64,000 bases of DNA from an uncultured delta proteobacterium (GTDB lineage Bacteria; Myxococcota_A; Polyangia; Polyangiales; Polyangiaceae): NCBI GenBank assembly GCA_963696385.1, contig CAVOKF010000007.1, positions 704,001 to 768,000 of the forward strand. Reading direction: 5' to 3'. Under the pieces are notes generated by a model. The model had not been told where the DNA came from. It was given only the letters and a program-made list of their open reading frames with translations, and did not search any database. Positions 18,719 to 28,595 of this stretch are shown here, one piece after another. Within the stretch, counting starts at the first letter, position 1. Each line of letters begins with the position of its first letter. Both the position numbers and the translations under genes were made by a program.

Positions 18719-18880
18719 TCAGGCTTTGTTCGGCTTGGACTGCGTATTTCCCAGCGCGATCCAGCGCATCACGACCTGCCAGGCGGCCTGCCTTTGCGCC
18801 TCCGATGTGCTGCGGCGCAATGCGTCGAGGTAGTCCCCACTAGCGGCGTACAAGCCGCGAGCGATTTCGTCTTCGGTCAT
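18719..18880 (-). CDS. small hypothetical protein (53 aa)
   Basis: Manual translation MTEDEIARGLYAASGDYLDALRRSTSEAQRQAAWQVVMRWIALGNTQSKPNKA; below the ORF-track cutoff; no clear RBS. Confidence 0.4.
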   Translation of the reverse strand: MTEDEIARGLYAASGDYLDALRRSTSEAQRQAAWQVVMRWIALGNTQSKPNKA

Positions 18881-19164
18881 GGAGCCGAAAGCCTAGCCCA
18901 CGCGCACGCCGAACGTCACCTCGGACATCGCACCGTCGGCGTCGGCCGCGCGAAGCAACCAGGAAAACGCTCGCCCGCGTCTTGGCCCTTCGGGGCAAGG
19001 CCCCGATCCGAGGCTGTCGCGACGCATCCGCCCGTTGCAGGCAGCCTTTCCGGGCAGGCAGCCGAACCCCGCCTGAAGGAGGGGTCGTCGTGCGGTGCGA
19101 CGCACCTCCAGGACCCCATGGACGGTGAAGGTTCGTCGTTCCGCTCTAAGTCGTCGATATTGTT

Positions 19165-19239
19165 GGGTGACCGACGGGGCTCGAACCCGCGACATCTGGA
19201 GCCACAATCCAGTGCTCTACCAACTGAGCTACGGCCACC
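19165..19239 (-). tRNA. tRNA-His(GTG)
   Basis: GGTGGCCGTAGCTCAGTTGGTAGAGCACTGGATTGTGGCTCCAGATGTCGCGGGTTCGAGCCCCGTCGGTCACC: cloverleaf, anticodon GTG, G-1:C73 pair. Confidence 0.97.
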
Positions 19240-19381
19240 ACGCTGCCAGGCAGCTCGCACCATAGCCGCTGGGCTCGGCGTTTCAAGGAGCCGAGCCCGG
19301 GGCCGGCAACCGAACTCCCGCGGATCGGCCGGTCGAGCAGGTCGGCCGCTCGGACCACGGCGTTATGGTACGACGCGTCGC

Positions 19382-20560
19382 ATGCGCGCACCGCCGAGTG
19401 CCTCGATCGAGACCCTCTGCATCCATGCGGGCCAGGAGCCGGACCCCGCATCGGGGGCGGTGATGTTGCCCATCGTGCTTTCCTCGACGTTCGCGCAGGA
19501 CGGTCCCGGCGTCCACAAGGGATTCGACTACTCGCGGGCCGGCAATCCGACGCGCGCGGCGCTCGAGGCGTGTCTGGCGACGCTCGAGGGAGCCCAGCAC
19601 GGCATCGCGTTCAGCAGTGGTTGCGCCGCGTTGACCGCGGTTGTCCTAACGCTCCGGTCGGGCGATCATGTCCTGGTCGGCGATGACGTGTACGGAGGAA
19701 CGTTCCGCATTTTCGACCAAGTCGTGGCCCCATTCGGGATCGAGTCGAGCTTCGTCGACATGAGCGACCCCGTGCGGGCCATCGAAGCGATGCGACCGAA
19801 CACCCGGCTCGTTTGGATTGAGACCCCGAGCAATCCCTTGCTCAAAGTGCTCGACATCCAGGCTCTCTCCGCAGCCGCGCGCGCGAGAGGCGTACCTGTG
19901 GCGGTGGACAACACGTTTGCGACGCCCATGCTCCAGCGCCCGCTCGATCTCGGCGCATCGATCGTGGTGCATTCGACGACGAAATACTTGAATGGGCATT
20001 CGGACGTCGTCGGCGGGGCGGTGCTGACCAACGACCGAGCGCTCGCGGAGCGGCTGCATTTCGTGCAGAAGGCAGCGGGCAGCGTGCCGAGTCCGTTCGA
20101 CTGCTACCTCGTACTGCGCGGACTCAAGACCCTCGCGGTGCGGATGAAGCGACACGTCGAAACGGCGCGCGGGATCGCGCAGTGGCTCGCGACCCACCCG
20201 CGGGTCGCGCACGTTCACTACCCGGGACTGCCGGGCCACGCCGGCCACGCGATCGCGGCGCGGCAGATGAAGGGTCCCGGAGGAATGATCACGTTCGAGA
20301 TCGAAGGGGCGCTCGCGCAGGCGGTGGCTTTCTTACGGGCGCTTCGCATCGTCGCGTGCGCGGAAAGCCTGGGAGGCGTCGAGTCGCTCGCAGAGCACCC
20401 GGCGACGATGACGCATGCGAGTGTGCCTCCGCAGGCGCGGCAAGCGCTCGGAATCCGGGACGGATTGATCCGTCTGTCGGTCGGATTGGAAGACGCCGGC
20501 GACCTGAGGGGCGACCTCGAACGAGGCTTTCGCGCCGCGTTCGAGCAGACCCACGGATGA
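19382..20560 (+). CDS. cystathionine gamma-synthase/lyase family PLP enzyme
   Basis: YSRAGNPTR, ETPSNP, VDNTFATP, HSTTKYLNGHSD, AESLGGVESL, RLSVGLED. Confidence 0.95.
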   Translation: MRAPPSASIETLCIHAGQEPDPASGAVMLPIVLSSTFAQDGPGVHKGFDYSRAGNPTRAALEACLATLEGAQHGIAFSSGCAALTAVVLTLRSGDHVLVGDDVYGGTFRIFDQVVAPFGIESSFVDMSDPVRAIEAMRPNTRLVWIETPSNPLLKVLDIQALSAAARARGVPVAVDNTFATPMLQRPLDLGASIVVHSTTKYLNGHSDVVGGAVLTNDRALAERLHFVQKAAGSVPSPFDCYLVLRGLKTLAVRMKRHVETARGIAQWLATHPRVAHVHYPGLPGHAGHAIAARQMKGPGGMITFEIEGALAQAVAFLRALRIVACAESLGGVESLAEHPATMTHASVPPQARQALGIRDGLIRLSVGLEDAGDLRGDLERGFRAAFEQTHG

Positions 20561-20709
20561 CGGGGTCGACCGCAGGGTGGAGGTCGGGAACCACCCGTGA
20601 TCGGGAAATTTGCCGTGTGCATGCCACTCTGCACCCGACGCGACGCACTCGATTATTGGCAGTCGCGCGCGGTATGCTCGGCGCGGCCCGCTGCCTGGAG
20701 ATCGCCTCG

Positions 20710-21267
20710 ATGACATTTCGCGCCCCCCACCCCGCCGTGATCGCTCTGTTTTCCCTCGCCCTGGCGACGGGGTGCTCGAGCCACAAGACAGAACCGCCCG
20801 CGGCTTACGTCAACGCCTCGATCTCGAACCCCGGCGGGGGCACGTGCAACAACGACGAGGCGAACTTTCTCGTCATCGGATCCGACCAGGACGGGGGCCC
20901 TTCGGACCCGACACGAGTCTCGAGCGGGGCGGGAGTCACGGTGACGTGCATGGTCAGCGCCGGAAGCAACGGCACATTCGACCTCGATCTCTACGCGCAG
21001 AACGGCCTAGGCACTGCCACGATCCAGGGCTCGATCTCGGCGAACGGGGGGCCCATGGATATCCAAGCCGACTTCTATCAGGCTGGAGGCGGCCACTACC
21101 AACAGTCGACTTGCTCGATCACGTTCGTTCAGATGCCGGCCGGCGGTCCAGTCGCCGCCGGCCGGGTCTGGGGAACGATCGACTGTCCCATGGCGACTCT
21201 CGTCGGCAGCACAGGAGTCTCGTGCGACGTGACGGCAGAATTCGTCTTCGAGAACTGCACCGAGTGA
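20710..21267 (+). CDS. hypothetical Cys-containing lipoprotein
   Basis: Lipobox LATGC; beta-rich domain ending FVFENC. Confidence 0.75.
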   Translation: MTFRAPHPAVIALFSLALATGCSSHKTEPPAAYVNASISNPGGGTCNNDEANFLVIGSDQDGGPSDPTRVSSGAGVTVTCMVSAGSNGTFDLDLYAQNGLGTATIQGSISANGGPMDIQADFYQAGGGHYQQSTCSITFVQMPAGGPVAAGRVWGTIDCPMATLVGSTGVSCDVTAEFVFENCTE

Positions 21268-21357
21268 TCGACCACCAGCCCGGGGGGGGGCCTCACGCCC
21301 AGCGCCGGCCGCATGGACAGAACCAAGGGGGGCCGCACGCGGGAGTGGCCCGGCGAG

Positions 21358-21894
21358 TCAGTCGTCGTCCGATTCGTCGGCGCCGAAGGTTGGGCGATCG
21401 GGGTCAACGACGAGGCCGGCGAGGATCGCGCGCGCTTCGACGGCGACCTCGAACTCGGGACGCGTCGCAAGAAATGCTTCGATGTACTTGCGCGCAGCCG
21501 GTTCCTCGCCGCGGGCGTGATAGGCGAGACCCACGGCGTAGAGGGCGTCGGCATCTCCCGGAGATTGGCTCAGGGCGGTCATGCCTTCGCGTAACGCGCC
21601 CCGCGTATCGCCCAGCATGCGCAGCACATGGCAGAGAGCCACCCGCCCACCGAGATGGGCGGGCGACAGCTTGAGACAGGCGGCGTAGGCGTCGCGCGCC
21701 GGCTCGAGTTCTCCAACTTCGAAGAACGCGATGCCCAGGAAATAATAGGCGTACGGGTTCGTCGGGTCCGACTCGAGAACGCGCCGCAGCTCCCCCAGGG
21801 CTTCCCGAAAGCGCTCTTCGTGAAGAAGCTCGGTCGCTTCTTCGACGGCGGACCAGCGCTTCGAATCCAGGTTCGGGTCGTCGATCGCCACCAT
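21358..21894 (-). CDS. tetratricopeptide repeat protein
   Basis: DPTNPYAYYFLGIAFF...ARDAY..CLKLSP, DADALYAVGLAY TPR units; acidic tail. Confidence 0.88.
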   Translation of the reverse strand: MVAIDDPNLDSKRWSAVEEATELLHEERFREALGELRRVLESDPTNPYAYYFLGIAFFEVGELEPARDAYAACLKLSPAHLGGRVALCHVLRMLGDTRGALREGMTALSQSPGDADALYAVGLAYHARGEEPAARKYIEAFLATRPEFEVAVEARAILAGLVVDPDRPTFGADESDDD

Positions 21895-22112
21895 GAAGCT
21901 GGATATCCACGTTCTCGCCGGTAGGCCATCGGCGCGTACCGCGGAACGCGGCCGGAAGCCTTAGCGGTGTCCGCGGAGCGGCTGGGCTTGGGCGCGACGG
22001 GCCCTGATCGCCCGGGAATCGGCAACACCGTACGAAAAATCGCGTGGGGGTTCATCGCTGGGGGGGCTGCTCGAAACTCGTCTCGATGCGCACGTTTCAT
22101 GCTTAATACGCA

Positions 22113-22856
22113 GTGAACGTCATGTCCCTGCCCGTAGCCATCGAACAACTCATCGGCAGCGAGCGACTGGCATTTTTTCGCCAGGTCGCGCTCTTTCCGC
22201 GCGACTTGGCAGCGGTCGTTCCCAAACTGGCCCCCGGCGACGACGCCGTCGTTCTGGTGCACGGATTCTGCGCGAGCGCGGGCGTGTTTCGCCCCTTGCG
22301 AGCACGCCTCGAAGACGAGACCGGCGCGCGCGTCGCGACGTTCACCCACCCCCCCGGTGTCGGCGTTCGGAGGATTGCGCGGCAGCTCGCACGCCTCGTC
22401 AGCCGGATGCCGCGAGACGTCCGGCTCACCGTGGTTGGACACTCGCTCGGCGGCGTCGTGGCCCGCTGGTACGTCCAGGAGATGGGCGGGCACACGCGCG
22501 TTTGCCGCACCGTCTCGCTCGCCAGTCCGTTCTGCGGAGTGGCCGTGCCGCCGCTGCTCGTCGGCGCCGACTTGCACGCGCAAAGCGCCTTGCTCAAGCG
22601 GCTGCGCGAGCGGGCTTCGGCCTGCCCGGTGCCTCACACATCGATCGTCGCGGCCTCGGATTCCGTGGTCCCCGGCGTGCGGACCGCATGCCTCGGCGTC
22701 GGCGACGTGGTCGTTCTGCCGAACCGGGGACACAACGAGCTGCTCTTCGATCTCGAAGCCGCGGGGATCGTCATCGATCGAATTCGGCGGTCGCGACCCG
22801 AGCGCGCACCGGGCCCCTGGGCGCCGCGCAGCAGACGGCGGGCGTTCATGCTTTGA
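22113..22856 (+). CDS. alpha/beta hydrolase (lipase/esterase family)
   Basis: VVLVHGF, VGHSLGG, SLASPFCG, DSVV, GHNELL. Confidence 0.9.
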   Translation: MNVMSLPVAIEQLIGSERLAFFRQVALFPRDLAAVVPKLAPGDDAVVLVHGFCASAGVFRPLRARLEDETGARVATFTHPPGVGVRRIARQLARLVSRMPRDVRLTVVGHSLGGVVARWYVQEMGGHTRVCRTVSLASPFCGVAVPPLLVGADLHAQSALLKRLRERASACPVPHTSIVAASDSVVPGVRTACLGVGDVVVLPNRGHNELLFDLEAAGIVIDRIRRSRPERAPGPWAPRSRRRAFML

Positions 22857-22890
22857 AGTGTTGCGCCGAGCGTGGTACGGCCTCGGCCAC

Positions 22891-23472
22891 GTGCGATCCG
22901 GTCTGACCTCGTGTTTCATTTTCGCCGCGACGACGGTGGTCCTCCCCTGCCCGGCGCGCGCCGACGTCAGTTCGTGGCTGGCGGTCGGGGGCGGCTATGC
23001 GACCGAGCGCGATCGGCCGATGGGCAAGAACGACCTCGCGCCGACGATCACGTACTCCATCGGGGTCGGAAGCTCTCCTCTGCAGCCCTGGGTCTTCGGG
23101 GGACTGGTCCGCGGTACGACGCTCTTCGGGCTCGGCACGGACGTGGGGTTGGCCGTGCGCGCGGCGACCGGGGGCTTTGCCCGCGGAGACTGGGGAGCGG
23201 CCATCGAAGCGGGTGCCATGTGGCGTTACTGGCGCGACGGCAACTACGGCGAGTGGCCCGCGCAGGCCGTGGTGACCGGCGGATCGCCGTGGGGCTTCCA
23301 GATCGCGGTCGGCACGCAGCTCGAGGCGATCGACGGAGCGCGATCCGCGGTGGGTTTCTTCGCCGCACTCGAGATCGACCTTCTGCGCCTGACGGTCATG
23401 CGGCAAGGGACGACCGAGCGCTGGTGGTACAATCCGGCGCCGGCCGGCGGACACGCAGACCGTTCGCCCTAA
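22891..23472 (+). CDS. hypothetical exported beta-rich protein
   Basis: Signal peptide ending ARA-D; alternating beta strands; start uncertain. Confidence 0.65.
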   Translation: MRSGLTSCFIFAATTVVLPCPARADVSSWLAVGGGYATERDRPMGKNDLAPTITYSIGVGSSPLQPWVFGGLVRGTTLFGLGTDVGLAVRAATGGFARGDWGAAIEAGAMWRYWRDGNYGEWPAQAVVTGGSPWGFQIAVGTQLEAIDGARSAVGFFAALEIDLLRLTVMRQGTTERWWYNPAPAGGHADRSP

Positions 23473-23581
23473 CTTCGGCGCGCGAACCCGCCAAGGCCTG
23501 CGTCAACGGCCTGGGCGACCCCCGGCGCGCGTCGGCCGGCCGGGCGAACGGCCTCGCAGACGCCGGGGCTTGCGCCGCCCT

Positions 23582-24674
23582 TCAGGGCGAGCTCGGCCCG
23601 GGGGCGTGCGGCATCTTATGAGCTTCGTCGGCCTTGATCGAGTATCGAACGAAGGCCCGAAGAACTTCGTTGCGCTCGACATTGCCGATGGCGCTTTTGA
23701 TGTCCTCGTAGATGGTGGGGTCGACGAGCAATGCGCCAATCGTGCCCTTGCCCTCGCGGACTCCCGCGACGATCGCCCGCAAGTCGTCGCTCATCGCATT
23801 CACGTTCGACATCAGGTGATCGGACGGTCCGTCTCCGTAGAGCAGTGCATGGGCCAGGCCGTTGCCCTCTCGAATCGCACGCAAGTCGGCGTGGATCTCG
23901 ACCATCGAACCGGCCACCTCCTTCGACATCTCGCCGTCGTAGATGAGCGCGTGGGCGATGCCGGGGCCCCGACGGACGTGGTCGGCCAGGTCTTGCACGT
24001 CGCCCAACGTGGCGTCGAGCCGCGCCGAGGCTTGGTTCAGCCCGTCGAGCAGGTCGTTCACGCGTTCGGCTTGCTGCCGGTCGAAGAACAAATGGTGGAT
24101 CGGGCCATTGCCCTGAACAATCGCGTCGAGCATCGCGCGGATGTCGCCGACCGAGTCCTTCACGTCGTCCGAGAGACGGGCGTCGCCGAGCGCTTTGGCT
24201 AGCGGCTCGAGGTTCTGGATGGCTTGTTCGGCCTCGGCAGCGACCTTGTTGAATGCCGAAAAGACGTCGGCGGGCTCTTCGGAGGGAATCAGCGCATGCG
24301 GATCGAGTCGCGGCGCCTTGGGGGAACCGACGCTCAGTTGGATCATTTTGTCGCCGAGCAGCCCCTTGTTGACGACCGTCGCGACCGTATCGGTACGAAT
24401 GCGTGCCGCTTGCACCTGGACGATCGACATGTTCGCGAAGATGCGCGTATCGCCCAGGTCCTTGTCGTATCCCACGCTCGTCACCGAACCGATGTCGAGC
24501 CCTCCCATGCGCACCGGAGCGCCAGGTTTGAGGCCCGCGACGTCGGAGAACGCCGCGCGGTATTCGACCTTGCGATCCCATAGGCGGGTGGTGTTGCCGA
24601 TGAGAAAGATGCCCGCCATGGACAAAGCCAGCCCGACGATGACGAAGAGTCCCACCTTGATTTCCGCGTGTCAT
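23582..24674 (-). CDS. mlaD: MCE/MlaD family protein (frameshift in codon 4)
   Basis: FSDVAGLKPGAPVRMGGLDIGSV, GLLGDKMIQL, GKGTIGALLVDPTIY. Removing one G gives a canonical start MTREIKVGLFV. Confidence 0.9.
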
Positions 24675-24700
24675 GAGTCCTCCTGACGACAGCAGCCCGG

Positions 24701-25522
24701 CTACGACGACGAAAGCAACGACGCGACGTCCTCGCCCACAGGGGCCCGGCCCTCGATGAAGTCGCGCACGGCGGGATTGTTCGTCGATCGAAATTCGTCG
24801 GGAGATCCGACGAGAAGAACCCGTCCCTTTCCGATCATGGCGAGGCGATCGGAGACCGTGAACGCCGTGCCCATGTCGTGGGTGACCACGACGCTCGTCA
24901 GGGCGAGGGCCTTCTGAATGCCCTGAATGAGGTGGTTGATTCTCGCCGTATTGATCGGGTCGAGCCCCGTGGTCGGCTCGTCGTAGAGGATGACCTCGGG
25001 CTGTAGCGCCAGTGTCCGGGCGAGGCCGACGCGTTTCTTCATACCGCCCGACAGATCGCTCGGGCGCATGACGCCGATGCCGGGGAGACCGACGAGTTCG
25101 AGGGCTTGCTCGACACGCGCCAGGATCTCAGCCTCGGTCATCGTGTTCCAGAACTGTTCGCGCAACCCGTAGGCAACGTTTTCTCCGACGCTGAGCGAAT
25201 CGAACAGGGCTGCGCCTTGAAACAGGTACGCGATGCGGCGCCGCACCTCCGTCAGCGATTCGTCGTTCATCTTGGTGACGTCGCGGTCCTCGAGCAGGAT
25301 CTCGCCGGCATCCGCGGGGATGAGACCGATGAGCATTTTGAGCATCACGCTCTTGCCGCTGCCGGAGGCGCCCATCACGGTGAGCGTTTCGCCGCGTCGT
25401 ATCTCGAGGTTCAAGTCGGAGAAGATGACTTTGGATCCGAAGCGCTTTTGAACCGCTACAAATCGCAAAAACGGTTTTCGCGAGGCCGGATCGGACCGGT
25501 CTGGAACGCGGCGATCGTTCAC
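24701..25522 (-). CDS. mlaF: ABC transporter ATP-binding protein MlaF/Ttg2A
   Basis: GASGSGKS, LFQGAALFDSL, LSGGMKKRVGLAR, YDEPTTGLDP. Confidence 0.93.
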   Translation of the reverse strand: MNDRRVPDRSDPASRKPFLRFVAVQKRFGSKVIFSDLNLEIRRGETLTVMGASGSGKSVMLKMLIGLIPADAGEILLEDRDVTKMNDESLTEVRRRIAYLFQGAALFDSLSVGENVAYGLREQFWNTMTEAEILARVEQALELVGLPGIGVMRPSDLSGGMKKRVGLARTLALQPEVILYDEPTTGLDPINTARINHLIQGIQKALALTSVVVTHDMGTAFTVSDRLAMIGKGRVLLVGSPDEFRSTNNPAVRDFIEGRAPVGEDVASLLSSS

Positions 25523-25547
25523 GGGCAGCGATCTTAGCGCGGGCAGT

Positions 25548-27236
25548 TTACGCCGGCTCGGCGGCCGCGAGACGCATCTCGACCGCTCCTCCACCGGTCC
25601 AGGTGTCGCGCCGCAGAGCGCCTACCACGCGCACGTGCCCGCCGAGCCGGCTGACGAGGTGGGCCATGTCCGCGCCGAAGCACGACAGGCGCGTGCCGGC
25701 GACATCGAGCCAGAGCCGCGCGTGACCCCCGCGGACTTCGCGAGCCCCCACGACTCGCGCCCGCGCAATGGCAACGCGCGGCGCCGGGTTGGCCTGGCCA
25801 CAAGGCTCGAATCGCTCGAGGTCGCTCACGACACGCGGGGGCGCGTCGCCCTCCTGCAGGACGGCGTCCGCGTCGAAGGCAGACCCCGCATCCGGCACGC
25901 CGATGGCGGCGCACGCTTCCGAGAACCGATCGCGCAAAGCGTCGATGCGATCGCTCCGGACGTCGAGCCCGGCGGCCGCATGGTGCCCGCCGAAGGCCAC
26001 GAGCAGGTCGCGCACTCGCGTGAGCGCGTCGAAAACGGAGAATCCGGCAGGAGCCCGCGCCGAGCCCCGCCCGCGCGATCCGTCCAGGGAGACGACGACC
26101 GATGGCTTACCAAAGCGCGAAGCAAGTCGGCCCGCCACGATTCCCACGACACCGGGATGCCAGCCTTGGCGGGCGAGGACGATGGCGGGCAACCGGGCCA
26201 GGGCCGGATCGGCGAGCATCTCGAGCGCCTCGGCCGTCACGGCGCGCTCCACTTCTTTGCGGCGCGTGCAGAGGACCTCGACTTCGGCGGCGATCTTGCG
26301 GGCCTCTTGGTCGCCCGTCGCGAGCAACAGCGCGAGCGCCAGGTCGGGCTTGTCGAGCCGCCCGGGCGCATTGATGCGCGGGGCGAAACGAAAAGCGACG
26401 TCTTCGCCGCTCGGGGTCCCCGATGTGCACCCCGCGATCTCGGCCAGTGCTCGCGTACCGGGACGCACGCCGCGCGCCAGCATAGAAAGGCCCGCCCGAA
26501 CGAGCGCTCGGTTGTCCCCGTCGAGCGGGGCGACGTCACCGATGGTCCCGATCGCCACGAAGTCGAGCCACGCCCGCATGTCGAGGGCGACCCCGAGTTC
26601 GGTGCGAACTCCGGCGCCGATCGACAGCGCCAGACCGACCGACGCGAGGCCTTTGTAGGAGAATCCGCACTGGGGCCTGTGGGGGTTCAGAAATGCGAGG
26701 GCGGGAAGCGGCGCGTCGGGGACACGATGGTGATCGATGACGATGGCGTCGATGCCGGCTCGGCGGGCGCGTTCGAGACGATCGTGGTCGCTCGATCCGC
26801 AGTCGCACGTGACGAGCAACGTAGCCCCGGTGGACACGACTCGATCGAGCGCCGGATCGGAGAGCCCGTATCCCCCGTCGAACCGATTCGCCAAGACGGT
26901 CGCCACCTCGCCGCCGAGTCTCCGCAACACGTCGGTCATCAGCGCGGCCGCCGTGACGCCGTCCGCGTCGTAGTCGCCGAACACGCAGATGCGTTCCCGA
27001 GCGCGAACGGCGCGGGCCATACGCGCCACTGCCTCGGTGCGGTCGAGCATCGCGCCGGGCGGCGTCAAGTGCGCGAGCCGGGGCTCGAGAAAGCGCGCAC
27101 CGTCCGAGGCGTCGCCGAATCCGCGAGCGATGAGAACGCACGCCGCCGTTCGCGTCATGCGGAGCTCGCGTCCGAGACCGATCGCCTGGTCGCTCGCGTC
27201 CGCCGGCAGCCGCACCATCTCCTGGGGCGACATCAA
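25548..27236 (-). CDS. recJ: ssDNA-specific exonuclease RecJ
   Basis: GDYDADG, GYGL, DCG, IDHH, GTIGDV, PRINAPGRL, GSAR, GGH, PCGQANP. Confidence 0.96.
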   Translation of the reverse strand: MMSPQEMVRLPADASDQAIGLGRELRMTRTAACVLIARGFGDASDGARFLEPRLAHLTPPGAMLDRTEAVARMARAVRARERICVFGDYDADGVTAAALMTDVLRRLGGEVATVLANRFDGGYGLSDPALDRVVSTGATLLVTCDCGSSDHDRLERARRAGIDAIVIDHHRVPDAPLPALAFLNPHRPQCGFSYKGLASVGLALSIGAGVRTELGVALDMRAWLDFVAIGTIGDVAPLDGDNRALVRAGLSMLARGVRPGTRALAEIAGCTSGTPSGEDVAFRFAPRINAPGRLDKPDLALALLLATGDQEARKIAAEVEVLCTRRKEVERAVTAEALEMLADPALARLPAIVLARQGWHPGVVGIVAGRLASRFGKPSVVVSLDGSRGRGSARAPAGFSVFDALTRVRDLLVAFGGHHAAAGLDVRSDRIDALRDRFSEACAAIGVPDAGSAFDADAVLQEGDAPPRVVSDLERFEPCGQANPAPRVAIARARVVGAREVRGGHARLWLDVAGTRLSCFGADMAHLVSRLGGHVRVVGALRRDTWTGGGAVEMRLAAAEPA

Positions 27237-27324
27237 TCAGTACGGGCGCGCGGCGTCAACGGCCGCCGACCTCGCGCCGGCGGATCGGCCGGCCCGGTTA
27301 CGGCCGCCGGTCCACCCTCGCCCA

Positions 27325-28554
27325 TCAAGTCGCCTGCGCCGACGCGCTCAAGCCGCCCTTCGCGGCGGGCTTGCCCGCCATGCGATGGTCGATCCATTCG
27401 GTGAGCGGGGCGGCCACGTAAATGCTCGAATAGGTGCCCGCAACGATTCCGACCACAAGCGCCAGCATGAAGTCCTTGATGACGCCCGTGCCGTAAATGA
27501 AAAACGCGAACACGCTGAGCAGCGTCGCACCCGAAGTCAGGATCGTTCGCGAAAGCGTTTCGCTCACGCTGAGGTTGATGATCTGCGCGAACGACTTGCC
27601 ACGATGTTTGCCGAGATTCTCGCGGATACGGTCGTAGACGACGACCGTGTCGTTCATCGAATAGCCGAGGACGGTCAGCACGGCGGCGATGGTCGAAAGC
27701 GTGATCTCTTTGTGCAAGAGGATAAAGACGCCGATGACGACCATCGCGTCATGAACGCACGCGACGACCACGCCCGGCGCGAAGCGCAGGTCGAACCGGA
27801 ACGCGAGATAGAGCATGATGAACACGATCGCGATCGCGACCGCGTTGCGGGCACTGTCACGAAGTTGCTTGCCCGCCTTGGGCCCGACCCATTCGACGCG
27901 CAGCACGGCGTCGTCGGGAACGACTTCCGGTCCGAGATCCTGGCGCAGTCGGTCGACGAGCTGATCGCCCTTGCTCAGCAACTGCACTTCGACGCGGTGA
28001 TCGCGCGGGTTGAGCACCTGCGGATTGGTGGCGCTCGCTCGAAGAGACACCCCCGCGACGCTCGTGACTTGGCGTTTGATTTCTTCCAGGTCCGGATCGA
28101 CGTCGTAACGGGTCGTGATCTTGTCTCCGCCCGCGCTGAATTTGACCTCGCTCGCGCGGGCGTTGTCCGGGCACCGGACCGCGTCGCTCAGGGGAGCCTG
28201 CGGGTCGTCGACGTAGCAGAGCGCGATCCGCAAGGCGCTCTTCTCTTCTTCCGTGATGGCGCTCACGTCCTGAACACGGACGAGAAAGTGGTAGGGCTTG
28301 TTCGGGTCGACCACCTGGATGACGTCCGGGGACTTGAAGCCCGCCGACTCAATCGCGCTGCGCACGCCGGCCGCGTCCATCCGCTTCGCGAATGCGAGCT
28401 CGATCTCGGTGCCGCCTCGAAAGTCCGTCCCGTAGTTCGGACCCGGAACGAAGCAGAGAATCGTCGAGCCGACGACGAGGATCAGGCTGAGCGGGATCCA
28501 GAACCAACGCTGGCCCATGAAGTCGAAGACACGTCCGGGCTTGAAGAACTCCAT
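27325..28554 (-). CDS. secF: protein translocase subunit SecF
   Basis: GTDFRGGT, VGPKAGKQL, HDA, GYSMNDTVVVYDRIRE, GTYSSIYVA. Confidence 0.96.
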   Translation of the reverse strand: MEFFKPGRVFDFMGQRWFWIPLSLILVVGSTILCFVPGPNYGTDFRGGTEIELAFAKRMDAAGVRSAIESAGFKSPDVIQVVDPNKPYHFLVRVQDVSAITEEEKSALRIALCYVDDPQAPLSDAVRCPDNARASEVKFSAGGDKITTRYDVDPDLEEIKRQVTSVAGVSLRASATNPQVLNPRDHRVEVQLLSKGDQLVDRLRQDLGPEVVPDDAVLRVEWVGPKAGKQLRDSARNAVAIAIVFIMLYLAFRFDLRFAPGVVVACVHDAMVVIGVFILLHKEITLSTIAAVLTVLGYSMNDTVVVYDRIRENLGKHRGKSFAQIINLSVSETLSRTILTSGATLLSVFAFFIYGTGVIKDFMLALVVGIVAGTYSSIYVAAPLTEWIDHRMAGKPAAKGGLSASAQAT

Positions 28555-28595
28555 CGCATTCGTCCTCTGTCGACCCAACCCCGCACTAGCGCGAT

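Noticed and set aside
18794..19381. N-terminal extension of the cystathionine lyase ORF
   Set aside because: It runs through tRNA-His on the opposite strand; homology begins at ATG 19382.
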